The notes under the pieces: model-generated
The model's input: the letters and a program-made list of their open reading frames with translations, nothing else
Told to the model about the DNA's origin: nothing
Databases searched by the model: none
Program-made: the position numbers and the translations under genes
Origin: the human T2T-CHM13v2.0 reference genome, Homo sapiens
DNA length: 64,000 bases
Assembly (NCBI RefSeq): GCF_009914755.1
Contig: NC_060936.1
Strand: one strand, 5' to 3'
Part shown: positions 1 to 19,136 of the stretch, piece by piece
Position numbering within the stretch: position 1 is the stretch's first letter
Layout of the letters: every line of letters begins with the position of its first letter

Positions 1-62
1 CAACAAAAAGACAAGACTCAAGCATGGAGGAGAAGAGAAGAGAATATAATCCAATAACATAA

Positions 63-190
63 ACTAATGTTTATTGAACACTTGTGTGCTGCACACAGTT
101 CTCATCTCTCTCTATGCATGACATTTAATCATCAAAACTGCCTTCTCATTTTGTAGATGAGAAAACTAAGCTGCAGAGAACGTGGCAGAG
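63..190 (-). mobile_element. MIR SINE fragment
   Basis: Antisense MIR core: tttattgaacactt...catttaatc...cattttgtagatgagaaaactaag. Confidence 0.6.
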
Positions 191-239
191 ACTCCTCCTG
201 GTTTCCTAACTTCCATTTTCTTTTCCTTTATTTAAATAA

Positions 240-600
240 CAGGAGCTCATGAGTTTTGGCTGGGCACATGGCTGCCCAAGGAGAGCCGACATTTCCCAGC
301 CTCCCTTGCAGTTTGATGTGGCCATATAACTGCATTCTAGACACCTGAGGTGTGAGTGGAAATGATGTCTGCAATTTCAGAGTTCCATCCTTAAAGGGAA
401 GCTGCTTGCCTCTATGTCCTCTTTTCCTTGTCCCCAGGCTGGGACAGGGTTAGGGGAGTAGTGAGGCAGCTTTGACAGGAGGGTGAGGACAGGAAGCTGG
501 GGAAGAGCAGAGCAACCACTGGAAGGAAGCTTCACACTCACTCCCCACCCACTCACTACTCACCCAGAGCAACTTCCCATCCTGCAAACTCCAATCACGG
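240..600 (+). mobile_element. Old MaLR LTR relic (MLT1J-like)
   Basis: acatttcccagcctcccttgcagtttgatgtggccatataact is typical of MLT1I/J; ends approximate. Confidence 0.5.
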
Positions 601-644
601 GAAGTATCCTATAGAGGGGTATCCTTTTTAAAGAAAAAAAACCT

Positions 645-924
645 TTGATACCATATTTTTACTGTACTTTTTCTACGTTTGTATATGTTTAGATATACAA
701 ATACCATTGTGTTGCAATTACCTACAGTATTCAGTACAGTAACGTGCTGTTCAGGTTTGCAGCCTAGAGCAATAGGCTACACCATATAGCCTAGGTGTAT
801 AGTAGGCTATACCATCTAGGTTTGTGTAAGTACTGAACACTCCATGATGTTTGCACAACGGTCAAATTGACAAGTGACACATATCTTGGAACATATCCCT
901 GTTGTTAAGTGACACTTGACTGTA
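645..924 (+). mobile_element. Tigger3/MER7 DNA transposon 3' fragment
   Basis: gcctaggtgtatagtaggctataccatctaggtttgtgtaagtac; TIR-like end gttaagtgacacttgactg followed by TA. Confidence 0.75.
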
Positions 925-989
925 TTTCTATTTGGGGGAACAGAGCATTGGGAAAGAAAACAGAAGGACCCATTGCCTTGAAGGAAGGA

Positions 990-1505
990 TGGTAGACGGA
1001 ATAATGTCCACCCTGGCCTCCCAAAGACGTCCAAGTCCTAATTCCTGGAAATATGAGTATGTTACTTTACTTGGCAAACGGGACTTTGCAGATGTGCTTC
1101 AAGTCAGGAAGTTGAGATGGGGAGATTGTCCTGGATGATTTGGGTGGACCCCATCAAATCTCAGGGGGCTCTCTAAGGGAAAGATGAAGGTGGGAGCGTG
1201 AGAGCCAGATAAGACACTGTGATGATGGAAGCAGAGGAGAGAGAGAAGATGCTACACTGTGGGCCTTAAAGAGAGAAGAAGGGGCCCTGATCCGAAGAAT
1301 GCAGCTTCTAGAAGCTGGAAAAGGCAAGGAAATGGAATCTGCCCTAGAACCTCACTAGGAATGAATCGCAGCTGACACCTTGCTTTTAGCTAAGTTAAAC
1401 CCATTTTGGACTTCTGACCTCCAGACCTATAAAATACTACACTTGTGTTTTTTTAAGCCATCAAATGTGTAGTAATTTGTTAGAGAAGCAATAGGAAATA
1501 ATAGA
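990..1505 (+). mobile_element. MLT1D-like MaLR solo LTR
   Basis: ccaaagacgtccaagtcctaattcctgga...ggcaaacgggactttgcagatgtg...aatttgttagagaagcaataggaaa. Confidence 0.75.
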
Positions 1506-1848
1506 GAGTGTGATAGGGTCCCTATGGGGAACGAGTGGCGCACATATAGGACATAACTGACCAAAGTTTAATGAGACACTGTGTTTTACAGAGGCTTGGC
1601 CAGGGTTAAAGGCGAACAAACAGGATGAGAAATCACCAAGGCATTAGCAGCAGCAACGAGCCAGCACCTCCCTGAGGCTTGAAGGGCAACGGGAAAGGAA
1701 AGGTGTTACTAGAGACCAGTGAGAGGAGTCATGGCAGAGGCCACCCAACAGAAGTAGTGGCCACAAAGGTGGGACTGTGGGTTGAACAGATCCCCAGAGG
1801 TGTCTGTTATGCACAGTAAGCTCCAACAGTGAAAAATCATTTATAAAG

Positions 1849-2208
<360 letters not shown>

Positions 2209-2498
2209 TCAAACCAGAAAATATTAGCAGCTGACTTAATTCAAGAAGGAGGAGCTTGAGTATACGTACTTGTTGGTGTGTCTTCAACTCTTGTTCTAGA
2301 TTTTACTTTGTTTTAAATATGTAAAAATGCTTTTAGTGATTACAACTTATGCTTCTTATTTCAACAGATATTTTAAAGGGAAAAATATATAATTGGATCA
2401 CAGGATATAAAAAGAAATGCAGTTATCTATATGTGCAAAAGCCTAGCTAATTGATAAAAGCTATAAGTTGAGTCCTGCCACTCACCTTGGGGCAATGA

Positions 2499-2809
<311 letters not shown>

Positions 2810-3545
2810 AATGACCCATTTTTTTCAGGCAAAGTAGCAATGGGAAAATATAAAGTTTCTCTAGTTTTAATATAGAAGTGGTTAACCTAATCACACAAGC
2901 CATACACAGGGTCATTTGGGAGAATGTGCAAGGAGGATTGCGTATTTTTATCTTTTCATAGTTTTCTTCTTGATAAATAAGCTTCTATTTTCAAGCCAAA
3001 TCTCATCTTGCAATTTCCTGCCAACTTCACTTCTCTACAAAGTTTACCTTTGCTTTTCCCATCTCTGCCCTCAGGCATTTAACAAACACTGTGCCTTTTC
3101 ATTTTTCCAGATTTAAGTGAAACATTTTGCAGAAATGAGGAATGTGATAACAGCCCCTGAAGCCCTACCTGACAGCATGACATTAATTTGGGCCTGTTTT
3201 CTCTCATACTTTTCAATTGCTCCCCAATTTATATTTAATTTGCCACAGGATATAAAAAGAAATATTTCTTTAATTTATATTAAATACATCTACATTAGGA
3301 GAGCTAGAGGTTATCTAAGTGAAACTAGCTCGATTATCTAAAAAAAGTCAGAATAAAATAATTATAAGCAAATTGGAAGAACAGCCAACGTTGTTACCAA
3401 TAATTTCTTAGAGTTTGTTCAATTATTGTTTGTTATACTCTGTTTCCACTTCTTTAGCCAAAATAAGCTCTAAGCAAATTCAAATCTATTTGTATAGATG
3501 AAGTCTATGAATTTAACATGATAACTTGAAAAAATGTAAAACTTT

Positions 3546-3860
<315 letters not shown>

Positions 3861-4116
3861 TCATGTGGATCTTACCCATATTTCCCATGATTTAGATAGG
3901 AGTTGGTTTTAAGTTTATTTTTCCACTCAATGGGGGAAAGGATTTACTAGGAAAATAATGTAAACAATCTATTTAAGAAGTCAAATGGCTTTTAAGCACT
4001 TAAAAAGCTTTGATATTAGCAATTTACCCATAAATATTTTGTTAATTACATAATTTTTTTCTTTTTAGGAAATATTTCTTCTTTTCTTCTTCTTTTGGCT
4101 AAGCCTCAGCAGCCAA

Positions 4117-4434
4117 ATTTTTTATTTTACTTTATTTTAGTTTACTTTTTAGAGACAGGGCCTCCCTCTGTCACACACGCTGGAGTGCAGTGGTATGATC
4201 ATAGCTCACTATAACCACAAACTCCTGGGCTCAAGCCATCCTCCCTCCTCAGCCTCCCGAGTAGGTGGGACTACAGGTGTGCACCACTACACCCAGCTAA
4301 TTTTTGTAGTTTTTGTAGAGACGGGGTCTTGTCATGTTACCCAGGCTGGCCTCGAACTCCTGGGCTCAAGCAATCCTCCTTCCTCAGCCTCCCAAAATGC
4401 TGGGATTATAGGCGTGAGCCACAGCACCAGCCTA
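4117..4434 (-). mobile_element. Alu (AluJ-like)
   Basis: Antisense; ctcctgggctcaagc J-type motifs. Confidence 0.88.
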
Positions 4435-4519
4435 CCAGGTATGCTTTTAATACATATATATTGAATAAATAAACAAATTAAAGATCATCTGACAGAACCT
4501 TCACTGGATAATATTATTT

Positions 4520-4659
4520 TTTCTTTTCCTTTTTTTAAAAAATAAGGCAGGGTCTCACCGTGTTGCCCAGGCTTGTCTTGAACTTCTGGGCTCAAGTGAT
4601 CCTCCTGCTTCGGCCTCTCAAAGTGCTGAGATTACAGGACTGAGCCACCACAACCAGCC
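4520..4659 (-). mobile_element. Alu monomer (FLAM-like)
   Basis: Single left-arm monomer, antisense. Confidence 0.75.
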
Positions 4660-4783
4660 TTCATTGGATAACATGTTATTTGACATTTCTTCTATCATTG
4701 TACATTGATGACTGTTGGTTGCCTGCCCAGCAGCCATTGCCCCCATTACTCCTGTTAGAATAACCCTGATTTTGTGTTTGTCA

Positions 4784-5079
4784 TTTTATTTTATTTTATA
4801 GACAAGGTCTCACTCCATCACCCAGGCTGCAATGCAATGTAGTGATCATAGCTCACTGCAACCTGGAACGTCTGGGCTCAAGTGATCCTCCCACTTCAGA
4901 CTCCTGAGTAGCTGGGACTACAGGTGTGCACCACCATGCCAGGCTAATTATTTTATTTTTTGCAGAGATGGAATCTCACTTCATTTCCCAGGCTGGTCTT
5001 GAACTCCTGGACTCAAGCCATCCTCCCGTTTCAGCCCCTCAAGCACTGGGATTACAGGAGTGAGCCCACCACACCTGGC
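4784..5079 (-). mobile_element. Alu (AluJ-like)
   Basis: Antisense dimer inside an old MLT1 relic. Confidence 0.88.
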
Positions 5080-5160
5080 AGCGTCCATCTTTTAAAAACT
5101 TGATTCAGGGAAGGGGGCATCCTATTCCTGCTAGAGGGCAAAATCGTGGTTGATGTAAGG

Positions 5161-5358
5161 TAGTGATTTTCAACTGGAGGTAATTCGGCAATATTTTGCA
5201 GTTTTTGTTGCCACAGAGGTAAGCATATTGTGCTACTGGCATCTAGCGGGTAGAGGGCAGGGGTGCGGCTAAACATTCTTCAATGCACAGGACAGCCCCC
5301 ACAACAAAGAGAACCATCCAGTCCAAAATGTCAATGGTGCTGAGGTTGAGAACCCTGA
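5161..5358 (+). mobile_element. MER20 (hAT-Charlie) DNA transposon
   Basis: tgctactggcatctagcgggtagag...gcacaggacagccccc...aatgtcaatggtgctgaggttgagaaccctg. Confidence 0.85.
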
Positions 5359-5359
5359 C

Positions 5360-5927
5360 CTAAACCAGTCCTGGTGGTCTCATTCCCTAGCTGTTAGTGG
5401 TTTAGATCCCATGATGTTAAGTAATTCTGACCAATGAGACGTGAGCAGAAATTGACAAGAGGAGTATGGCAGAGAATGTTAATTTCTCCCTACATTCACT
5501 TTACCTTTCTTTTCAGCAGAAGTTACATTCAGTGTTAGCTAGGCGCATGCCCAATTACAGACTATAATTCCCAGCCTCCATCGTTGCAAGGTGTGGCCAA
5601 GTTTTGGCTAATGGGATGTGAGAAAAAAATAATGAGTCTAATTTCTAGACCATGTTTTTAAGAAGGAGAATGCTTGTTCTTTACTTTCTCTCTTAATCCC
5701 TTTCTGCACACTGGGTGGTACTGCTAATCCAGCTTCAAGCAAGCACATGACTCCAGAGAATGGCAGAGCAAGACAGAAAGACTTACATACATTGGGACTG
5801 ATACATGAAAAGAAAATAAATTGCTTTCTTCTTTGAACCATCGTATTTTTTAGTTTTTTTGTTTTAGCAGTTTAAGCTGTATGTATATGAGGTACTCCTG
5901 GGGAAGGTTTTCCTCTGTGATCACACA

Positions 5928-5960
<33 letters not shown>

Positions 5961-6230
5961 GGAGGGAATATTCATCTAAAGGATGTTGTAGGATTTGTGT
6001 GAGATGGCTGGAACCATGGCTGCTATCTTGTGACCATGAGGGGAGGTACCTGGTGGTTCAAAACTGCCCTGCTAAGTGAGAACGGAATAGGAAGGTTGTA
6101 AACAGCCCAAATCTTTCTTAACCTTGTTAAGCCATTGAGTTGACGAACTTTGCATCTGTCCTGTCTCAGGACTTCTTGTTAAGCAAGATGGTATATTTTT
6201 CATATCGTTTAAATATTTGGCCTTTAAATT
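5360..6230 (+). mobile_element. Nested old MLT1 (K/J-like) LTR relics
   Basis: aattctgaccaatgagacgtgagcagaa; ttcccagcctccatcgttgcaaggtgtggcc; gctgctatcttgtgaccatgag. Confidence 0.5.
5922..5960. repeat. (CA)n microsatellite
   Basis: About 19 CA units with one TA interruption. Confidence 0.95.
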
Positions 6231-7370
6231 TTCAGTAATAGTCCTTACAGTGATGGCTTTCAGACAGAAAATTAAAAATTTTAAAAAGTGCTATCCTAAC
6301 TGATTCTCTCAATGTATTCAAGTGTAAAGAAATTACATGTCTAACCTCTCATGGAATTAGAGGGAAAAAATTTCATGTTATTTTAAGTATGTTCAGTTCT
6401 TTTATTAACTCATATTGGTTTCCCCCCTACTCCTTACCCTTGCAACCAAGATAATTTGCATCTAAGAGGTTTTATTCTGTTTCCACTGATATGTTTAGAA
6501 ATTACTATATCTGAGGTGGGTATATTGGGAAAACATACACTACCACTCCTTTGCAGAAATGAGGGCTTATTGCAGCAGCTACTCGCCCTTGCAATGCTTC
6601 CTGCTTGGAAACTCGAAGGACTACATTGAGCAGGTGGAATAAAGTTGAATCGAAGGTTCAACTTACAAGCAGTCAGGAGGAGGTCTGCCCTGAAGCACTG
6701 TGCAGACTGGGACCTGCAGCAGGGCTGGGAGGGGGAGTGTCGAGGAAATGCCTTTTGCATGTCAATGGAGCCCCGTTGCTGTTCTGTGCTGCACAGCCAC
6801 ATGAGGTCATCCCAGATTAGAGGGTGCCCATGTCCAGGATCTTAAACCAATTACTTCCATCTCCATTGCTTCCTCTAAAGCCTCACTCTTAGTTCTACAC
6901 AGTAATACTGCCTGGAAACTCCCCAAGGCCACCAAGCTCATACTAACAGGTTTGTGATGTGGGCAAACTCCTTACATGATCTCAAAATGAAAGAAGAGGC
7001 TGTTCACTGGAGGCAATAGCAAATCCCCTTTGTTCCTCTCTTGGCAGATGAGGGCCTTCGCTCTCTCCCTAAGGGTTCCGCCTGTCACCATCTGTGCACC
7101 CACTGTGGAAGGGCCAGCGCTAAGGTGAATTTCCATTTACTTCCTGCCAGCAGATGGCTCCTCCTTTTGGTCTCATCTTGAATTGTTTGCCAGACCAGCC
7201 AATTAGTCTCCTCACCCTTCCTGAAGCGTCCCAGGGAAGCAATATCATCACCAGCAGCCTATCATTATACCACGTCTTCTAAGCACCGTGATTCTAAATG
7301 CCTGCCGTGGAACAGAAGCTCATTCGCACATGGCTCTTTAACCCTTCCTTGAAAGACCTCAATTCAACAT

Positions 7371-7425
7371 TCTCTCTCTCGCTCACACACACACACACAC
7401 ACACACAAATGCACACTCACACACA
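7371..7425. repeat. (CT)n(CA)n compound microsatellite
   Basis: Seen directly. Confidence 0.85.
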
Positions 7426-7585
7426 GTACCTACAACCTGATCCAAGATAGGAAACAAAATGACAGTATGCGGCATTCAATAATAAATTTAAAAATAAGAC
7501 ATAATTTCAGACAGAATGTAGAAGGAAAAACACAGTAACTATATTTTCTGATCCCCACTGAGGACACAATAAAAACTTTTTTTTA

Positions 7586-8230
<645 letters not shown>

Positions 8231-10037
8231 AAAACTTTTTTTTTTTTTACCTTGTGGATTTGTTCATATGAAAGAAATCTTTTAAGGATATAAAATCAAA
8301 TTGCACTGAGTTACATTTAACAAAGTATCTTTATCAGAAAAGAGTATATAGAATGACACTGGCAGGATTCTTCATCCCCGCAACCCAGGATGAATGATGA
8401 CTTTCCAGGCTAGGCCAAGGAGATTCTCCCAGCGCTATTCTTAGAAACATCAACAAGGCCCTTGTGCACTTGTTTTAGGGTTTTTCATCTTCAGACATTC
8501 CTGCCTGATGCCTAAAGAAGACATATTATTCAGGGCATCCCATTTGAATACTGTATCTGCTCTGATGCTTGAGCAAAGTGTCTGTAAAGCTAGACAGAGG
8601 GGACAACTGCTTCCATCCATGGGGCAAGGGAGCAATGATGAGATGATGGAGGTTAAAGATATTTGTGAGGCAGACACAGCATCTGTGCAGAGGGGTAGAG
8701 GTATTTGTTTTTCCACTTTTCTGCTCTTGTTACCCTAACTTCCTTGTGTTCTGTGATTATTGCACATGAGCTGGAGTAGCAGGGGAGGTTCAGTTCCTTT
8801 TGGTGGTTGAGGTGGCAGGTAAGGAGGCATGGACACAGGACGAACCCCACTTTTGGGCAACCGCCACCCTGAGGCAAGGGTGGGAAAAGCTCACTTTCCC
8901 ATAAATAATCACTGGGCTGTTGTCCTTCAGTATAAGTGAATATAAGCAAAGCCCCAAGAACAGTGCCTGGCACATAAAATGCAGTAGCTCAGGGTGGGCT
9001 ATAACCACTTGCATCTTCTACAGCAGTGCCTTGTGCCAGCATGCCCTCAATAAACATTTGTTCAGTGAAGGACTGTACAGCTCTGTGCCACCTGGCAGCT
9101 CCAACTGTCCCAGTGGATCTTCCTCTTCCTTTGTTCTTTTCCTTGCAAACTTTGCAATAAAGGGGGCATTGGCCCAACAGTTAACTCCCAAATCTTGAAC
9201 AAAGAGGATTACCCCTGCAACTCTGTTCCAAACTGGGAAGCTTCTGGCTTTGTGGTGAGCTAGGGACTGCTGAAAACAACTAGAGATTAAAAGAAGCTGG
9301 AACCAGCTGGAGAATAAAGAAAACTGCTGCAAGCAAGTCACTGCAGGAAGTACCAGTGGTCTCCAAAAATGCAGTTGCACCAGATTTTACATACAATAAG
9401 GAGGATTGGTCTCTCTAGACAGGAGAGAGTCAAGTGTTCCTCTGAGAAGGAACCAACTCCTGTAAATCAGGAAATCTCAGGCTCTCACTGGCCAAGGGGC
9501 AATGGGACACCTCCCCAAGGTGATTCATCGGCTCCCTCTGAACCCAGAAGCTCAAGCCCATTGTGCTCCTTTTTGTAGACTCTTCTCTTACCCTAGTCCC
9601 CAAGAATGTGCTCTGTGAGCAGGTTACACCCTTCACAAGACCCTTTCATGCCCTGTGACTCCCTTCCCCATTGTTTGCATAGTCTGGCAGCTTCTGCCAC
9701 TTTCCCTGGTAAGCCCTGCCTTAAAGTGAACCCTCTTCTGTCAATCACCAGGGACTCATTTCATGCACACACCTGTCTTTCTGGAGCCGTTTAATCTATA
9801 GCCTTCAATCCTATAAACCAGTGAGAGATCTGCAATTAGGTTTGGAAACCAGTCTTGTCCACTGACTCAACTCAAGAATTGCTCTTTCCATTTCTCTCAT
9901 TCCCCTCACTTCAGCCTCACAAGGGGCAGTTTGAGGGAGCCTCTCTATTTCTAAAGAGACAAATTTGAAATTAAATTTGCTTAATTAAAAATGTGAAAAT
10001 TTAAAATTAAATTTAAATTGCTGACAGCCAACTGCTT

Positions 10038-10497
10038 CATGGGTACAGGGTTTTCTCTAGGGGCGAAGAAAATGCTTTGTAACCACATAGAGGTGGAAGT
10101 TGCACAATACTGTGAATGTACCAAATGCCACTGAATTGTACACTTTAAAATGGTTAATTTGGCCAGGCACGGTGGCTCACGCCTGTAATCCTAGCACTTT
10201 GGGAAGCCAAGGCGGGCAGATTGCTTGAGGTCAGGAGTTCAAGACCAGACTGGCCAACATGGTGAAACCCCATGTCTACTAAAAATACAAAAATTAGCCT
10301 GGCATGGTGGCACGTGCCTGTAATCCCAGCTACTCGGGAGGCTGAGGCAGGAGAATCACTGGAAACCAGGAGGCAGTGAGCTGAGATTGCACCACTGCAC
10401 TCCAGCCTGGGCAACAGAGTGAGTGAGACTCTGTCTCAGAAAAAAAAAAAAATAAGGTTAATTTTATGTTATGTGAATTTCACCTCAATTAAAAAAA
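10038..10497 (+). mobile_element. L1MB-type 3' end interrupted by an AluSx-like element (10161-10452, +)
   Basis: gttgcacaatactgtgaatgtaccaaatgccactgaattgtacactttaaaatggttaattt [Alu] ggttaattttatgttatgtgaatttcacctcaatt. Confidence 0.85.
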
Positions 10498-10997
10498 TTA
10501 AATCACTTTCCCCACCAAATATTTGCCCAGATGCTCAGCAAACAGGTTCAGGGAAATGCTCTGAATGGTGGAATGAGGAAATACCAAGGAGGAGCTGATG
10601 GGGTTTGGTCTCCTCACAGCCCCATTGCAGAGGCTGAGAGGGCAACAAGGAAGGGAGAGGAAGAACAGCCCGAGCCACCCACCTAGCAACAGATTCTGAA
10701 CAGGAGAGAAAGTGTGTGGACTGGGGTGGGCTTCATCAGCTTGCCATTGAGAATAGAACTATCTGACATTTACCTATTACAGAACAACAACATTACTTTT
10801 TTTGCGGAGTCCCTTTGGTTGGGTTGATGACAACTGGCCATTCAGTTTCCCTGCATTAAGACGTTCATCCCATAAGCAAACAATGCTTTGAGTCTGGCAG
10901 CCAGCCCCTAGAAGAGTTCAAAGACTAGTGAATAAGACGTCAGCATTCACAGCGGGTTTCCTTTCACCTCTGCCTTCAGTAGAAACTTCTGGAGGCA

Positions 10998-11339
<342 letters not shown>

Positions 11340-12052
11340 TCAGAGAAAATAGATGATGCTTTGTTAAATGTAAGTTTTAGATAAAGAACAAGTACTTTTG
11401 AAAATAAATTGTAATTGACCAGTAAAAATGTATATATTTATGGTGTACAACTTGATATTTTGAAATATGTATACATTGTGGAAAGGATAAATTGAGATAA
11501 CATATACATTACCTCACATACTTTTTTTTGTGGTGAGAACACTGAAAATCTATTCTCTTAGTGATTTTTAAGTATATAATATATTGTTATCAATTATAGT
11601 CATTGTTTGTACAATAGATCTCTTGGACTTATTCCTTTTATTGAACTCAAATTTTGTATCCTTTGGCCAACATCTCCCCAAACCCATTCTTTGGTAACCA
11701 CCATTCAACTCTGTTTTAATGAGTTGGGCTGTTTTAGATTCCACACAGAAGTGAGATCACGTGGTTTTGGTCTTGCTGTGCCTGGCTTATTTTACTTAGC
11801 ACAATGTCCTCCAGGTTCATTCGTGTTGTCACAAGTGACATAATTTTCCTCTTTTTATTTTAAGGCTGAATAGTATTCCATTGTATATATACATTTTCTT
11901 TATCCATACATCCATGATGGACACTTACTTTAATTCCATATCTTGGTTACTGTGAATAATGCTGCAATGAACATGAGACACAGATATCTCTTTGACATAC
12001 TGACTTCATTTCCTTTGGATATACAATCAGTAGTGGGTAGCTGGATTGCACG

Positions 12053-12765
<713 letters not shown>

Positions 12766-13584
12766 ATATGCCAGTTCCATTTTTAATTTTTTGAGACACC
12801 TCCATACTCATTTCCATAGTGGCTATACTAATTTACATTCTCACCAACATCATACAAGGAAGAACAAATACTTTGTAAGCATAAGTATGTCCTCCAATGC
12901 AATGTTTGGGACATAGTTATCCTTAAAAAAAAAAGTGTTCCTCCTTTATTTTAAATTCAAACTTAATGGAACACCCTGAATTTTGATTAGCCAAATCTGG
13001 CATCTCTGAAATTTTAGAAATTTCTACTGATGGATTTTCAGACTTTGTGGGTTTGGAGAACACTTTGTGTCCTCTGGGACATGCACCGCCCCACCAGCCT
13101 TTTCCTCTGTGGAATACTCAGTTTCCCAAATGACTGTGCAGCTTCAAATACCACAAGCCTCAAGTTTGTAACAAATGGCCTCAGGCCTGGTTTTATTTGC
13201 TGATACCCTGCTGGTGGCAGCGGTAGCCCCTGCAATTTACACCAGGTGGGAAACGGGCTGCAGCATCCAACCTTCCTAATGGAAACAGGCTGTGATCCAA
13301 TGGAGTGTGAAAGGTGCTGAGCTCCACCCACTCCTCAGCAACCCGGTTCCTTAGGAAGAGCTCTCTGCGGGCAGGACCTGGTTCTGGGAGAAAACTTCCC
13401 GGAGTTGCTCAGAAGTTGGCCCTTCTGGATTTTGACATTTCCTCCCACCTTTGTTCTCCTGGGTTTTCTCAGGCCAAGGAGGGCTATGTGAGGAAGGAGT
13501 CAGCCCACAGCAGGGAGATCTTTTATAAACGGGAACCCAACAAGGCCAGATTATATGCCCATGGTGCCAAACTGGACTTTTAAA

Positions 13585-13889
13585 TTATTATTATTATTAT
13601 TATTATTAGAGACAGTGTCTTGTTCTGTCACCCAGGCTGGAGTGCAGTGGTGACATGATGGCTCATTGCAGCCTCAACTTCTTGGGCTCAAGCGATCCTC
13701 CCACCTCAGCCTCCTGAGTAGCTGGTACTACAGACTCGTGCCACCACACCTGCATGATTTTTAAATTTTTTGGAGAGATAGGGTCTTGCTATGTTGTCCA
13801 GGCTGATCTTGAACTCTTGGGCTCAAGTGATCCTCCTGCCTCAGCCTCCCAAAGCATTGGCATTACAGGTGTAAGCCACTGCGCCTGGC
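13585..13889 (-). mobile_element. Alu (AluJ-like) with (TTA)n tail
   Basis: Antisense dimer. Confidence 0.9.
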
Positions 13890-15414
13890 CTGGACAACTA
13901 TTATTAATGCCCACTTGCCTCTGTTAAGACTTAAACTCAAATACTGGACGAAAGGAAGAAAAGAACTCTCTGTTGACTTCTAACCCTGGGAAATGACTGG
14001 CAAGAATGGTAATAAACAGCCCCTTTCCACTCCTCAAGTCCACCAGTCAGTTCCTTTGCTTCATTTACTTAAAGATGTAAAGGAGTTGGGGGGAAAAAAA
14101 AAGAGGGGGGGCTTGATCCTCATGGTGAGAACCACACACCCACACCCATCCTACCCTGCGAAGTTCAAACAACTGTGCTATAGGCTGGGACGGCAGGCTC
14201 GTTATGCATGTCTCCCTGGGCGGAGGCAGTCTGCCAGACCCCCGAAACACACAATACTTTGGCTCTTGGTCAAAAACACCAACATTCATTGCTGACAATA
14301 TCCCCACCTACCACCGGTCCCTAGCCACCCCTTCCTGGAAAATGTGATGGAGGAGGGAGAGTCGGCCAACTCCAACACCACCTGGCCCTCAGCAGCAGAC
14401 CTGGACGCTGGCCCGGAAGCAGCCCTGGCCCGTCCGTGGACAGCTCCTCGGGGGTGTGCATGGAGCAGCATATCCTTCTTCTCACAGCTTCAGCTTCCTG
14501 CAAGGCTGCGGAGTCACCTCTGTTGGCTTGGACCTCTCTGACCTCAGATGACATGGGAAACGGAGGCCAGTGGGTGAAATTGGGAGGCTGAGCTGTGATG
14601 TGCCACTATCCGGCATAGGGTGGGACACATTGTCCCTGAAAAGGGAGGCTAACTTCCCACCCCACCCAGCCACAGCACAGCCTTTCCAGGGGGAACCAAC
14701 CCACCCCCTCTCCCCGTCTGGCTCTGAAAATGTGTGCCACATACTGTAGCCCAGTTGCTGTCGGAGGCAATTTGAACTCAACCAAGGAGCTGACACTCAG
14801 TTCTTTGTCTACTGCTTTAGGAAGTCTTAACTCCCTTTAGAATAGCTGGGTTTTGGAGGCTTTTTGGGGAGGGGACTGATAGATATAAAAGCATACTTTC
14901 AGAGGTTTGCTTACTAAACAATGTCATGCTGAAAACTCACAGTGATCCCAGCAGCCGCTAACTGAAATCATACACTCGAATCAATTTTTGCTAATCCAGA
15001 AATCTGGCAGACTTGTCCAGATCCCAAAGGAATAAGAATATAAATGTAATTTGGCTCATTCAACATGGTCCTTAAAAAGACTAAACAAAACAACCACTTA
15101 TGTAGTAGGAGAACCTAATAATAAGACAGGCCTTCCTTCTTTGGTAGACTCAGTAACTGAATTTTCCTCTTGCACACAACTGTTTGGGACCATTAAGATT
15201 ACCAAAGTGACAGAGAGAGACTCTATTTCTTCTCAGCTTTTCTGAGAACCTTTTTGGAGGGTCTCTTATGTATTAATATACCTCTGTCAAATTTCTCCTC
15301 AGCCTGGGGCCCCCTTCGGTGTTGCTCTCCCCCCGAGGAACACTCCAGGCTTCAGCTTAAATGTTCCTTCCTCAGAGAAACTTTTCCTGACCACCCCCTT
15401 CAACCATGGCTTAG

Positions 15415-16035
<621 letters not shown>

Positions 16036-16166
16036 ACCTGTTACGATTTCTTGTTGTTCTTGTTACTGTTGGAGCACTTAACTACTAATGACATTTTCAT
16101 CTTTAATTGTGTGATGATGCATTTAATGTATGCCTCCTTTCTAGACTATAAGCTCCATAAGAGCAA

Positions 16167-17440
<1,274 letters not shown>

Positions 17441-17456
17441 TGTCTTGTTTTGTATT

Positions 17457-18640
<1,184 letters not shown>

Positions 18641-19136
18641 TTCCTCAGTGATATCATAACATCAGCAACAAGCAAAAAAACCAGCAGAACTTCCCTTGCT
18701 TTCCTTCCCCTGACACCTATCCATGGGAGGAACACTGCAACTCTTGGAGGAATCCAGCTAGGAGTTGAACAGAACTTTACCTGAAGGTTAACATGTGTCA
18801 AGTGTGTGCTTCGTGAGCAAGTGGGTGAGCGGGTGGGTCTGTGTCAGCAGCATTTATTAGGAAACATCCAGGACAAGCCATGAGTTAGTGTTGGTGGTCA
18901 GAGTGTTATAAGGAATACCCTCTTTATCCTCAAGGAGCTCATGCAGCTGAGAGGTATGTAGGTTGCCAGTATTAGCAAAGAAATGACTCTCACGTTGTAC
19001 AGAATCCATTCAGCACACACAAATGGTGCCTGCTCTTGTTTAGTATAATTTAATGTATAATTAGTGGCATGGAACCACAGGTGTGAGAACAACAACCCCT
19101 TCCTGAGGGAGGCAGTGATGTTTTTACAGAGAAGGT

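Noticed and set aside
8733-8824. Branch-like ccctaac with donor CAG|GTAAGG at 8819
   Set aside because: The first AG after the pyrimidine tract is a weak GAG and no consistent exon can be defined
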